From: Pocillopora damicornis
Lineage: Eukaryota
NCBI RefSeq assembly: GCF_003704095.1
Contig: NW_020844815.1
Coordinates: forward strand, 124,001 to 188,000
Length of the DNA stretch: 64,000 nt
Direction: 5' to 3'
Below, piece by piece: positions 25,786 through 40,200 of this stretch. Under the pieces are notes generated by a model. That model did not search any database, was not told the DNA's origin, and saw nothing but the letters and a program-made list of their open reading frames with translations. The translations under genes and the position numbers were made by a program. Numbering within the stretch: the first letter of the stretch is position 1; each line of letters opens with the position of its first letter.

Positions 25786-28700
25786 TCAGATCCATCGGCC
25801 ATGCTTGATCTTAACAGGGAGATAAGTCTCTGAAAGAAAATTGAAGGAGATGGAGGAAAGAGCTTGAATCTCTGCCTTGAATCCCAGCGATAACATGGTC
25901 TTAATCTGAAAAAAATAATAATCCAGTATTTGAAGGAGAAAACACAAAGCTAGAAAACGTTTCGCCAACTTTATTCAAAGGCCTTTGAACTCTGATTTGA
26001 ACCATCATTGATATTATATAAACACGTTCAAAATCGCGTTATTTCGCGATTTAAAGCTTGCCAAAATGTTTGAATGTCTGAGGATGGTATTCAGCATTAA
26101 GCGGTGATAAAACAGTCACATGAGGTCGTTTGTTTGTTTGTTGTTTTTTTTGTGTGTGTGAAGAGAGAGAACGTGAAGTTACGAACGATTCTGGGTTACA
26201 ACGATCCGGTCTTATTCACGACGCGGTCGATTTGTTACGCCTGTGAAAGGGCGTTTCGTCACATACCTCTTGTTTCCAGACTTCTTGGGACTGAATGTGG
26301 GGTCGGTCAAGCAGTTCACGTGCTTTGCTTTTGTCTCGTTCGGTCAGCGGTATAAGTTGATCATGCGGAATAGACAACCTGGAATAAGATGGTAAATTTT
26401 ACATTTTGCGGCGACCGAACTCTAACGTGAAGATAACGTTCGAGCTTAACGAACCTGTGCACGCGTTTCCCTTAATTTTGTTCAGTGTGGCTACGTGGAA
26501 TAACTCCACCTTTGCCCTCGACGTTCTCGGCGCGCTCAAAACTAGACCCTTTCGTGAATAGTGACATCACTCCCAGATCTCGCTCGGACATTGCTCGGAA
26601 GGTAAACGCCACGAAACTAAGCTATTTTAGAACAGCAATCTGACCCATAAACAGACATTGTGCCTGGCAGATGCGCCGTACTTCCTACGATAAACGTCGC
26701 TCTGAATTTGTCTGCGTCATGGACCAAGTTTAACTGACATAATGCAAATTATTACCCAGCATAAATCGTTCTTTCAAACAATGATACCTGGTGATGTCAC
26801 TTGGCAACACGCCGAGCCACTTTAAAACAGGAACGGTTAAGCTGTGTGCGTCAAACGAGAGGGCCTGTAAAATTCAGCGGCCACTGATTGGTTAGTGAAA
26901 GAAATTTACTCACAATTAATCAAAAATTGTCAATGGTTTAACTAAACAGGGCGTACCTTTGAACCAAACTTGTACACGCTGAGGATCTCAATACCTGCAA
27001 ATGAAAATGAACTAAACTCTTGAAGGTTTTTTTAGGGAAACAAATCATAATTTCTGCATGGTATCGCACAGGCGAATTACTTCGTAGCATTTGCTGCAGC
27101 CTGACAAAAAAAAGAGGGTAAGTTTCTAAAGAAACTGCGGTGCTACGTCGGTTGGAGAGTATAACAAGATAATTAGATAATTAGGCCTTATAAAACCTAC
27201 TGTGACTACTTTGCCGTAGCTTGTTCGTTGAGGCAATAGTAAGACGAAGTTGACTGTGTTTAACTCGCCATGCTGGATTTACGCTTTGAAGTTGCTCCAT
27301 AAAATTGGCCGAATTCAGAATTTAGATCGAGTATTCTTAGGTTCAACTGTAGACACATGCTCCTTATTCACTCAACAAAGATATACAAAAATCCGGTTAG
27401 GGAAAGTTTTGCTAACGTTACGTCGTCTCACCCTTCATCAATGAGGCGTATGCTGCTCCAGGAGAACACAAGAGAGAGAGGAAAGAGGATTGTCACTCAC
27501 CATGAGGGTCTGCATCCACAAGGGCTAAGATAGGTATCTGGAGAGTGCACCACAATCGACGGACCATCATACGGGTATTCACATCTGGGAAACCTTTTCC
27601 CTAAAATTTCAAATCACATAGCTTGCTTACAAAAAGAATTCAACAGAAGTGAAAATTTGCAAATTAAACAGTATCATTACTTAAACTGTAGGGTGAAAAA
27701 ATATCTCGGAATTTAAGAACAGGGAAAACGACGTAACAGTCTAAGCTCAGAATAAAAGTGTAGTTTTTAAATGTCGAGGAAATCACAGATGATCATAGTC
27801 CAGGGCTTTCAGTTTTAATGGGCTATTGACCGATACGAAAACGCAAAGGTAGTATAATGACCGAATAGAGCAATTGGTAATTTCGTGTTTTTTGGTTTTG
27901 CTTTACTTCGCACTGTGATCGACTCAGAAAACTTACGCCTGTTTCTCAACCAATCAGATGCAAAACTAAAACCAATCGCGACTTGGTCGCCTGCGTTTTC
28001 CCGCGCTTTAGGCAGTTGACTTTTTTTCCTCTGGGTTCTTATTGGCTCCTCTTGATATTTTCCTTTCATCTGATTGGGTATTGTGATTACTTCGGTTCTG
28101 GTTTTAAGACACTCAGTTGAAAAGCACGCGGTCGAAGAAGTTAAACTTGTACTTACAGTGATGATAATACACGGGTGTAACCGCTGTAATACATTGTCGT
28201 CCATCAACCGCTGGAAGGAGGCTTCTTTTTCAACAACTAACACAAATTTGGCATCGGAATGTAAATCTAGTCAGTTGATAGCTAAGGAAAAATACCCAAA
28301 ATGTCACAGAGCTGGTCGGATTTCTGTCTGGCGTATCATCATCAGTTATGTTACGTAGGCAGCTAAAAGTTCAATTTTAAGATAAAACACCTCATGAGGT
28401 GCAATATGTGACAAATTTCTTGTTTTACGGTCTTGGTTGCGGCTCAGTAGGTGAAACTAAAGTGATCAGAAGGAGCAGTACTTTAATGTGGCAATACAAC
28501 TTTAACTATGACCAGACCATACAAACGAGAGCTACCTTTACGTGATAGCCTTCGTGTAGCCGTACCCTCCTCCTCCTCCCCCCCACCCATGGGGGAAGGG
28601 TGTGGCTACAAGTAGGCTATTCCCTGAATACTGTTTTCACAGTACGAAAAGTTCTGCGGGAATATGAACTCGATTTAAGCCAATAGGCGGTACTGTCTGG

Positions 28701-31700
28701 TAGAAAATATTTCATGCTTAGTATTTCGTTAGTAACTGCCCAATGGAACTTAACGTTGAATCAAGAAATTGCAACACTGTTACGTTGTTCAGTTTGCTTT
28801 ACAAGGATACTGTAAATTCCCTGCACGTGAGATGACACCATTGTTCCCTGACAATGAAAGAGAGACAAAGATTTAAACAATGCATTTGAAATTGTTACAC
28901 TGCTGCGCCAAAGAATATAACCTAACATTACGATAATTGTCGTCACGTGCGATAAGATTTCGACTATGGACGCTTGCCTGTGAGCTCAGAAAGTCTCACT
29001 TCTCTTTATTTCATTTCCTCACAATCTGTTCGAACATTTAAAAGCAACACATTTAAAAAGGTATTTACGGTCACTGATTTTTTGGTGGCAACCATAGCAG
29101 TTTGTGGTTTGGTTACTTAGCTCTTTTTAAAATAGTTACGTCCATATTCGAATCATTAGCACATGTGAAGACTATTCTCGAAAGGTTAGATTATTCGTGG
29201 ACACATACTCTGATGAGGGTGCAAAATATACAACACTGTGCATCATCATTAACCACCGTTCCTCCATGCTCTGATCACTTCCGATGACAAAAATAAGAGA
29301 TGATTACACCAAAGACCAAATCAGCCTTTGAGGCCTTTTCCTAGGGAAAATCTCAAAAAGTGTTTCAGATCACTTCCGTTCTCGCGAAAGTTTGGATTAA
29401 ACCAATCCTGCGTCGCACTTTTCAAGCTCATGTTGATATTCCATGTTCCGTCTATTTGTTCTCCACCGGGAACTACAACGACATGCCGTTTACCAGTAAT
29501 ATCATTCCCTATTGATATAATTGGCGGCTTATCAAAGATTCGTGCTGCGGCAAGCAAAGGTTTTTCTTATCAACTACCAATCACTCTTTTAAAGAGTCAC
29601 GTTATTAAAATCCACCTTTGTATCCACTCAGTTCTTGTAGCCACCGTATTTCAGTCCCTAGAAAAGCGCAGCTAGGTGGTCATTGTATAGAACTCCAAAA
29701 TCATGTAACATAAACGCCAAAAAGAAAGAAAGAAAAAAAATCAAACGGAGGCCAAACCGAGTTACTATCGTTGCAATCTACATATGCTCCATCGTGTTCT
29801 CTGTATCTCAGGTCTCCAGCAATACAACCTACGGTAAAAGATAAAGACTATGGATAGCAAAAAAGGGGTTGGTATCTAAACGTTTCATACCCACAGTCGT
29901 TTCTTACCTGGACAATTCGTACAAAACAACCTGTCCATGAATTATAAAGGCAGGAGTAAAACGAACAGGTTGTTTTGGTCATCTCGAATCTTCATCAGGT
30001 GATTTTTTCTTTCAAATTAGGTATTGCTCGGCCTTTCTTTTATTTCATTTTTCAACTGCCCTATCTGACAACTTTGTGGTGAGGCAAGTTCAACATTTAA
30101 AGGAAACTAACTCAACTCATGTTGAAGTACACTGTCCTTTGGATTGCAACCAGTGAGGTTGTTAGAAAACTGAGAAACATTTACAAGAGGCACTCTCTAA
30201 ACAGTATCTTCCATATATCATTAAAACACAAACTTCCTTTGTTGTTACCATCTACTGTTTGAAAACAAGAAACAGGGCTTACCTTTAGATGCAGCCAGCT
30301 GAATAAAAGGAAAAGAAATCTAGTGGTTACAAATAAGTGTGATTACATCCAGTTTACAATTACCAACATTTAGTGTGTATCAGGTGCAAACCATGTTTCA
30401 GTCCTGTAATTCTTACAGGTTGGCAGTCTGTATGGTAAGAGCTGAGCTCAATTGTTTCTAAAATCACTCAGGATTGTCTCCTTACTTTCCCAATTAGCAC
30501 CAAACCTTGCACTTGTTGAGAACTGTTTGATTCTTGCTCTGTTTATCTTTGCCTACGCTATTGTGTAACACCTATTGTTATGTGGTTGGTCAGTACAATC
30601 AACCTGCTGTGTGGTTTAGTTTGGTTCTGACCTATTTCGATTGAGAGCATATATAACTTGGACAGAGACTGACCTAACTTACCAATTATTGACCACAATT
30701 TACAACAAACTGACACTAATGACAACTAAATCTGGAGTGAACACAGAATCATATGGCCACTGATTGCCAACAAGGACACATTTCTCTTACAAAATAGTTA
30801 ACAGTAAATTATAAAACAGCTTCCAGTTGCACATTTGAACTAGCTTACCACATGTAAACAGTGTCTTGGCACCTTCAGCATGCATGCAATGTTGTCAATG
30901 ATTGAATCCACAACACTCTGATTCCCAAAGAATGGAACATCAGTGTAATAGATATCTCTGCAGATAAGTTAAAAGTTGCAATAGAGGATTGATTAATCAG
31001 ATCTCACTTATAACCTTTCAAGAGTAGTTTATGATTGGTGTTGGCTCAAAAATGTCGTATAATTGACTCATAACAGCAAAAACATTATCTTTCCAACTTG
31101 AAATAATTTTATTTTAGAGAGCAACAGCTAGTGGTAGGTTCAAACTAAAAACATAAATAAGAGTTAAGTTAACTAATTCAGATAAGCAAACTACAGACAA
31201 AAAATGAATACAAACAAAGCAAAAAGGAAAAAATACCTACATTGATAATGCCTAATGCGTGTCTTTAGGTAAAATGAACCAAATAAATATGAATGACGCA
31301 AAAAATAATTAGCAAGCACCCAGATCTTACAAGACTGACCGTTTTGTTGCATATGTATCTTGTTGGAGAAGGTTGTAGCAAAATGCCATGACCCTTAGTG
31401 TTGCAGCTAAGTTTGGAAAGAAACACAATTAGGAGATCTCTTTCAACATTCAGTCTTGTTCTACATTTTTATCTATTGACCAAAGGATTAGAGACAACTC
31501 AACAGGATTTGAAAATAACAAAGCCAGTCAGCACTCTTGAAGCTAAGTCCTGCCACTTTTCTTAAATGACCTCTGTTCCTTGCTATCTTTACACACTAAT
31601 TGGACTATGATATTTTATATACCATGTTCAGATACAGAGTAGTCTATTAAAACTGCAGCTTATTTACTTCGGAATTGCATCAAATGTGTATCAGGTTCAG

Positions 31701-33132
31701 AGAAAATCCATAAGACATGAGACATAAAACATACTTTTCCCCCCTGCACATTCTATCTGCAAATACAGTTTAACCCTTTAACTCCCAAGATCTTACTTGT
31801 TAATTCTCCCCTCTACCTGCTACACATTTCCTTGTAAATTAGTTATGAGAACATGGTGCTAGATCAAGATAGCAGCCTCTACCTGATAAGTTTGAATACT
31901 CTCATTACCTGTTTGCTGAATAATGTATGGATATTGTAGGGAGAAGTTTCATGTTAATCACTTCTGGGAGTTAAAGGGTTAAGGCCATTTTCCCACCCCT
32001 GCACCTTTTCTTTATCAGTCCTTTTCCTCTCAACCCTTCCTTCTATAAATCTTCCCTCCTCCTCCTTATTAACATCCTTCTTTCATTTATTTGCTGAACT
32101 ATAACATTTGGATCTTAACAAATCATACTCTTGTGTTACCAAACTTTCCAATTGATGCTATGGAATCAAATCTGTGTTCCGTCAGGCTGATATCATCAAT
32201 CATTTCAATTCCAACTGCGCTGTTAAACCTGTAAAATACTCAAAATGTGTCTTTGCTCATTTTACTCATTTTACTTATTTTACCCTCATGTTATGGAACT
32301 GTTTCCTTGGTTCAAAATAGAGACTAACATATCTAGGTTTGGTTATATTTATTAATACCATTATCATTAGTATTTATATCATTTTTACCATCAGGATTAT
32401 CTTGTAATTATTAGAATAATCATTAATTTTAAAACTACTGCTATTATCATCATCATCACTGTACACAATATAAAGTATCAACTTACCTTGTGTTCTTCCA
32501 TGAATTTCTGCAGTTATATTTCAGAGAAGGAGGTTTATTTTGAGAGATATCTTCAACTATCGTCAGAATAACCTCTTCTAGTTTGGTGATGGCTTCATCT
32601 CTACAGATAGAAAAAAATAACAACAACAAATCACATAATAAGGTAAAAGTAATAAATCACTTGATTTACAGGTAAATCTTATAATTTTGTTTTTAATTAA
32701 ACACTCGGGTTTTCTGGAATAAATATTTGTACCAGGATAACTTTCTGAAAAAATTACCATCAAAACCCCAGCAACGTCCTTGTGGACACTGATGTGCGAT
32801 GCTAAATAAATCACAAGAGAATTTTTACGGAGAATGTTTATTACAGAAAGTAAAGTAGATCTTTGGAAGGGGTCAATCTAAAGTGTCTTGGTACAATTTC
32901 TCCAAAGTCGTTTAAGTTTACATGCTGTCTCTTATCGACTTACAGAACTTTCAACGAAACTTTTTTCTTCCAGACAAAGTCCCTACCTGGATAACGTCTT
33001 AGGTTTTACAATACTTTTTTCGTCAACTTCATCACTTGATTTCTGCATGGCATCTATTCTATCCAAAGATTGCAGCTGTAGTTTGAGTAGGTTGATACAA
33101 CGCCAAAAGTCTGCATTTGAGTTGGCCGCCAT
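25786..33132 (-). CDS. SPO11: Meiotic recombination protein SPO11 (topoisomerase VIA-like), 14 exons, ~401 aa
   Basis: Exons 33132-32987, 32600-32487, 32228-32140, 31406-31340, 30957-30849, 30298-30283, 29828-29758, 28847-28811, 28266-28157, 27600-27501, 26994-26957, 26864-26788, 26378-26267, 25905-25786, all phase-consistent. Catalytic TKRDIYY, Toprim [51 protein letters not shown]...YLPVKI. Confidence 0.96.
27865..28125. repeat. Dispersed repeat family (ccaatcagatgcaaaactaaaa core)
   Basis: Reverse-orientation copy at ~36940-37195 (both translate to [21 protein letters not shown]). Degenerate copies at ~17720-17905 and ~52070-52300. Confidence 0.7.
31770..31982. mobile_element. TTAA-flanked MITE with perfect TIRs
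   Basis: TTAA-CCCTTTAACTCCCA...TGGGAGTTAAAGGG-TTAA. Confidence 0.85.
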
Positions 33133-33144
33133 CTTGGAATGAGC

Positions 33145-33162
33145 ACTACCTCCCAGAATGCA
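33145..33162 (+). promoter_or_regulatory. ZNF143/STAF-like motif (ACTAC..TCCCAGAATGCA) next to the SPO11 start
   Basis: actacctcccagaatgca lies 13 bp upstream of the SPO11 ATG. A YY1-like AAGATGGCGGCC overlaps the ATG on the minus strand. Confidence 0.4.
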
Positions 33163-34299
33163 ATGTAGGCTGGCTGGCTATTTAACTTTCGATCTCAAGG
33201 AAAGAGTCTGGGCCGGGTTTATCAAAGTAGTTGGGTTTAGTAACTCAGGGTTAGTGAGGAATCTGATTGCAGATCGAAAAACTCAAAAGGAAAATTCAGT
33301 CGAATTCTTTTGGTCTAGAATATAGTTATTGGATGCCATTAAAAAGGATACAGAAAATTATCCCAAAACGGCTTTTGAATAAAGGAATAAAGAAACCCAG
33401 GTTAAAATTTAAACTTGGGTTAGCACTGATCGGCCTTCGAATAACTAGGCCCTGGTCTACCGCTAGCTATAAAACGAGCCTAAACCAGCAAACAGCAAGA
33501 AAATCACAGGAAACGATCATGCACTCATTCTGTGTCGCTTGCCAGTTTAGATTTGAGGAGAAAACTGGATTGTTCTATCATAGTGAATTTTAGAGCTACA
33601 AAAAGACATTGTTATTTAGTTGATCATCGTTAAATTCTTACTTCCATACTGCCAAATACTGTGTAGAGAGAAGTTGGGAGAAATTGTTTGTTCAGTAAAG
33701 TTCAAGGAAGCCGGGCACCTGCTACTCAACAAACAGGTGGTAAGCTACGGTGCTACGGTGTATTTCATCAATTGGGTCAATTGAGAACGCAAGACATTAC
33801 ACTGAGAAAGTACTGGAAATATTCTTGGAGAACTCTCAAATGAAATGTAGCACATCTGATATTTTTAGCTTAAGTTGAAGTTGTAATATGTTCTTTTTTT
33901 CATCGCTTATTCGTGATTTTAATAATTTTAAAAGTAGAAGTTGATGGAGAGTCTGCCGCGGTTGCCTGGAACCTAACAGGTTACATATAGTTTTGCCACC
34001 TGAGTAAAGCGCGGTTAAACATTTCGTCAGAGTCTGAAAAGGTTCGTGATCATGGCGCCAAACTCATGGTCACTGCACCAAAATTACTCCCACACAAATG
34101 ATCTGAGAAGAGCCACACCTTAGGGAAAGCAAACGCATACGAGGATAATGATCAAGGTTGAGATTAACGGACATTTTTTCCTGAAAAATCGAGAAATTCT
34201 GATCTAGACAGGAATCTTTGAGCGACCCACGGTCAAGGATTGGTGTTCCGATGCGAGGACTGTGGTCTTTGAGTCGATCTTCGGTTGACAAGTTTATGC

Positions 34300-37200
34300 A
34301 TGGTGAAGGTGCCGTTGTGGTTCAAGACAACTGCAAATAGAACCCGAAGTTTGCGCAGACGTGTATTATTGTTGCTCTTCCTTGTTGGAGCTGGTAAGTG
34401 CTAGTTTGTTATCGATTTGATTTTTTCAGAGATCGGTTTTAAGTGTTTACGGTAGGTATTTCTCCCTGGGGCAAAGATGCTGTCACTTTTAGACAACAGA
34501 ATGTAAATTGTCTATGTACGAACAGTATTTTATAGGTGACTTTCGAGCACTTACTTCGTTTAGTCTCTTTTAAACTTTACCCTATTCTATTTTTCAACAT
34601 AATTCGTTTTAAATTTTCTTTTTTTGTGCACCGTTTACTTTTAATCGTTTATTAATTTTCGTCATTACGCACTTAATTCCCATTTTGATCGCGTGTCCAA
34701 TTGAAAACTCAGATTCGCCATTAAGCCGACAGAGTACCGCGAATACGACTCACCAACTGAGAACCATTTGATACACACACAAAAAGCATAATACAGCTTT
34801 TCCTTCCAACCGGTCACAAAAGAACTTATTAACAGTCGATGGATGAACCTTATAGTACACGCTGATTCCGCAGCACTTAGGCCGAAGCTTGTCAAGCATA
34901 TATGTCGTTGTTGAATTGCTTTACATCTCAGGGCTTGCATTCGCTTTCCATGCAGATGAATCCACCCTGACAGAAACTTTTCGTACTTACATATCATCAA
35001 ATGGCTCCACATAATTTAAAACCTTACATTTTTCCTCACTTCCACGCTAAGTCTCTTTTTTTTCTGGTCTCAAAGGTATCCTTTTCTCAGACGTTCCATT
35101 ATACCATCGATATTTCATTGACAGCTTCGGAAACCGTCAACTATAACGGATCAATGTCAGTATCTGAGGCTAACATTTCAGTTCCGACAACTTTAGCAAA
35201 ACCAGTAACGTATGTGTGCTTTGAATTCTCGACACAGGAATTGTTTATTACGTCTCAAATCAAGATCATGAAAACCAAGACACTCCTCTTAGACAGCGCA
35301 TGACGCGTCACGTGTTTACAGTAGAAGAGATTTTACAGTTCCCGGATAATTACCACACTAAAGGTGTGCTATCACTTCCTTATGGAGACATCGTGGAACC
35401 TTTTGAGGCCTGGTACTCCAATTCGAAAAAGATGAGCAGAATTGATTATTATAATGGTATGGTGTATTTTATTTACAATTTTTTACGACTACGTCATCTA
35501 CTGGACCAACTAAATTTTTCGTACTTTCTGTCTTCTCTATTAAAGTTAAAACCTTTGCCCTTAATTTTATGAACAGTAAAGATCGAGCAGGGGGGGGGGG
35601 TTTAGGTTCGCACTTGCTTATATTTGTCATGCATTGTGCTCATCTATAAGGCAATATGTAAGCCATGTACGCGTGACTACATCAGAAAAATTGTGCAAGT
35701 GTACTTGATGTGGGGCTTTCATTGGAATCTCTCACTGCTGCAAGTGGTTTTCCTTTCGAGCTTTCAGTCTTAACAACACGTTTGATTTTCTGTGTTTCCT
35801 TTCAGGCATGGACAGAACATTTCAGCGCGGAGATCTGGGTAGGCACGGGTTTGCGTGCAAAATAGTTCCGGAATATTCTGAAGTGAAACATAAAACGTTC
35901 ACGGGGTGTATGCACAGGCGAGGGACAAAGAAATTTCCAATAAAAGCTCAAAATATTATACCAGCGCCTTCATATTTTAAGGTAAGGTCATTCGTTAATT
36001 CTATGGATTTACCGGCGTAATAACCTGAGTGGGATGATGCGAGAACACGAAAAAAAGTTTGTGAATCACGAGCCGAAAGCGAGTTGATATACCTACACCT
36101 AAATGCAGTAGCGTTGCAATGAACGAAACATAAAGAGAAGGGGAAAAACTATATTCAAATTAATTAGCATATAGCATAAGCCTACAGTTTTTTTAGATTA
36201 TTGGAATCGCTTGAAATTCCTAAACAACATCTGATACTCTTTAGGAAGTTTGAAATAATGTTTGATGGGCATGTTACCAGAGGGTAGTTTTTGTATGCCG
36301 ATAGATTCGTACCTGGCTTTCTCCTTTTTTTGTTTGCCCTTTTTTTTTTATTTGGTCTACATTACAAAAGGCAATTGGCCAACCTTATCCTAGCTTATAT
36401 CAGTTCCTTTGGTGGTGGGGTCATATGACATTATTTTATCTTTCTTTGCGTAGTAACTGTACACTACTCTTTTTTATCATAACTATCATTATTAAAATTA
36501 TTTTGTTATAGTACTCCGGTACCGCTGAATTAAATGGTGCAGAGTGTGCAAAATGGGAACACTCGTTCACAATTTACGACAAGGTCAACACATATACATT
36601 ATACACAACTAAAACCCGTCCATTAAAACCGCTCCGGTACGAGATGATGGGATATGATACGCTACTAGCCTCATACTATGACCATTATATCCTCGATTAT
36701 CACGAATTTGAAGCTTGGAAATTCAACTATTCAGTGTTTGATATACCAACAGGTATGGTGTCAATTGTGTTGCAGCCAAAATAGCTTATATGAGGTGACT
36801 TTTGTGTCTCTGTGTTTCCCTGATCACTGTTCAGCGGGGAAAGGATATTAACTCTATCGGACTCTAACTCCGAAGATCGGATACTAACGAGTAAATCTCT
36901 CTACAAATTTCATGCGTTTCTTCTTATTTTAAATATTAGGGTTGCTTTTCGATTGAGTATCGTTAACGACCAAAAGCACAGTAATCAGAACGGCCAATCA
37001 GTAGCAAGAAAAATACTTTTCAGGGCCAATGAGAACTCACAATAAAACAACCAAATTTCCTAAAGCGCGGGAAAACGCAGGCGACCAAGTCGTTATTGAT
37101 TTTAGTTTTGCATCTGATTGGTTGAGAAATTGGCGCGATTTTTCTGGACCAATCACAGAGCGAAGCAAGCAAAATCAATCGTTGAAAATTGCTCTGTTTC

Positions 37201-40200
37201 TAAACTTGGTTAAATCGTTCTGTTAGTTTCCAAGATGTTTGCTCTACACCATCCCACCTTCTCCTTTTCACCAGTATGATCACTTGGTCTCACTACGAGT
37301 CCTTATCTTGGACACACTCAGTCCTTTTGTCTCAAAGGTTGAAAGTTTTTACCTGGATGTATGTTAAACCTGTTGCAAGACTTTTTATTGCCGTTTTGGC
37401 TAATTTTGTGTTTGTCTAAACGAAGAAGTGATATTTTCTCAGCGTTATGATTAGCTCATTTCACTCACTGTATCAATATGCGTTCCTTACGAGACAATTA
37501 CTTTGAGAAAGACCAAGTTTTTCATGATTTTAATCACTTACACAGATCTCCAATGCTTCGATTTTTCTCACGAGAAACTGGAGAAGTCGCTTGGTGAGAT
37601 CAATCCTATAGTGGAATTCATGCCTCATAGTACCTCAGGCTCTCCGTATACACTGTCCCATCCGTCAAATTTTGTCACCACTCCCTCTCGCACCAAGACA
37701 GATCCTTTGCAGTATCTGCTGGACTCCTTGAACAAAATGCCGACGGTTAATAGAGAAATGTTCGAGCCCACAACAACCACCTCAAGCCTCCAGCAGTCTC
37801 TCAAGGACGAGGAGCAGACTCGACCATCACCGGCTCCCAAGAGTACAGGCGCGTTCAAAAATGTGGACCAGAAGTCTGGTTATAAAGATATCATGCGACA
37901 CTATGAAGACGTAGTTAATGCTTTATTTAAATCTTTCAAGGCGAGATATAAGAAGAATTATATCTCAAAGCGGGAGCACGAGTCGAGGAAAGACATCTAC
38001 AGACATAATTTGAGGTAGGGGTCGGCATGACAACTAATAACTTCTTTATCTTCATTTACCATCTTGTTCGACTTTATTGATCATTCACTTCCGCAATTGG
38101 CAACATGGCTTGCCGGTTGGACCGTCTCGTCAGTAGATTAAGGTCGTTAATTCTGTGATCTGACAGAGCTGCCTCTGCCGCGGGATAGGACTATTCAGCC
38201 TTTTTTTCTCCTCTATTAACACAGAACGAGTGCAAAATATACAGGAGTGTTGAGTGCCGGGTATTGAAGAGAATATTGAACCGAAATTAGTTGATTATTC
38301 CATCGTCATGAAAACGCGCGGCAACGAGCAAATTCGACAAATTTGCTTGCGTGAGAAGACTCTGTCTTCCGTTTGCATCAGCCAGAACCAGTTCAAGTAG
38401 ACCAGGTAAAGGAAAAGAAAAGTTATGTTCTGAAACTTTCAGGATGTATCTGAAGAGTGTGCCATTGTTATTGGTGCGAACTTCTGTAGAGTCCTTGTAT
38501 TGGTAATAATTGAAACAGACACGGAGACAGTGGGAGTTTATAGTGATACGAACTACAACATCTTTTTGATGCTTTTACGCAGCCACGGTCTGAGCGTTTT
38601 CGATATGTGCGAGAAGTGAGAACAATCTGACAAATTTTCAGACTAGCAACTAATCAATCACCTAATTTCTTCACTGACAAAAAACTTTCAAACCAAAAAA
38701 TAAAATCTTACAATAGGTTGTGTATTTCTTTCGAATTCCTTGATGGCCTTGACACGAACAGCTACATATATTTAACTTAGCCTTCTTGAAGCTCTTTAAC
38801 TACCATGTGGCATGTAAACAGAAAATTCTGATCTCCTGATCTTCATCAACTCGATCAACAGGTTTATCAAGTCCAGAAACCGCCAAAACCTAGGCTATAG
38901 ACTCAAGGCAAATCATATGGCCGACATGACTGAAGAAGAGATAAGACAAAAGAAAGGAATATTGATGGAAAGCGAACCCGATGCACTGAATGGCGGAAAG
39001 AGATTTGAAATACCGGAGGGTACCAATGTCAAAACCCTACCTGATACAGTTGATTGGGCAAAATCGGGTGAGTGGAAAAAACTCTTATAATAAACGAAAA
39101 CAAACATCCTGAGTAGTCGCCAAATGTCACCAAAACTTATGTCGAGAAGCAAAACCTTTCCTTTTAAAAATAAACAAATGAGCAAGTCTGGGGTAACTTT
39201 TGAGTGAACTTAATTCTTTTCAGGAGGTCTAACCGAGACCATGGAGTTTTACGCAATCATGCAGTGGGCCTTAGGTTTTCCCCTTTTAGTGGATCGGTTT
39301 AATTAGAAAAATTGTTCTTTCTACCGTCAGCTTTCGGCCCTCCTGACACTATCCACAAAAAATGTTTAGAGAAAAGGTTCGGCTAAACTGAAGATAGTTT
39401 AGGACGCAGTTTTGCTCAACAACGACCAAACTTTGTTTACATAGTCAGACCGTAGAGCCCGGTCAACGAGCTTTATAGGAAAATATTTTACTGTTTCTTC
39501 AGGTGCGGTAAATCCTGTAAGAAGTCAAGGAATTTGTGGCTCTTGTTATGCATATTCTGTTACTGGTGCCATGGAGGGAGCCTACTATATTAAGGTTTGT
39601 GAACTAAAAGATGACACAGAGCTTTAATGTTAATTGCTGCCGGTGCCGTAGACAGTTAGCACTGTCCCTTGAGAACATGGCGCTCATCAGACTAACAGGA
39701 TTCTACCGTGGTTTGTTTCAGTGTAAGTTTTATGCTGATGTTGAGTACCTTGAAACTACTTTTGTATCAATTTCTGAACGTTTCCATCGGATGAGAAGTT
39801 ATGTCTGGCTTTAATAGAGAGGAAAATTTCAATTCAAACAAGCTTTTGAATTTAGTGGGCTGTATAGTGAAATACAGCTTGCTACACTGATCAGTCATAG
39901 CGCACGTTCTAACTGAGAGATGTAATAAGAAGTTTTAAGAGAAGGAGCGCGTCCTAACCCTGTTTGGCCAAAGTTGTATGTTTTTTAAGTTGAATAAGCG
40001 ATAAATCTTCCAATTCCAACAGTGACTGAAAATCACACACGTACATGTTTGTATTTCAATTCTGACTTCGCAGACTGGTACTCTCCTAAACCTGTCTGAA
40101 CAACAACTTATAGACTGTTCGTGGGGGTTTGGTAACCGAGGCTGTAAGGGAGGATATCCACATCGAGCGATGCAGTGGGTCATCAAACACGGTGGACTGG

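Noticed and set aside
27815-28243. 142-aa ORF as a standalone gene
   Set aside because: A SPO11 exon reading through into an intronic dispersed repeat; the same repeat gives the 37029-37226 ORF.
29321-29675. Overlapping 78- and 115-aa ORFs in a SPO11 intron
   Set aside because: Neither shows a recognisable domain or supporting splice chain; at most a decayed fragment.
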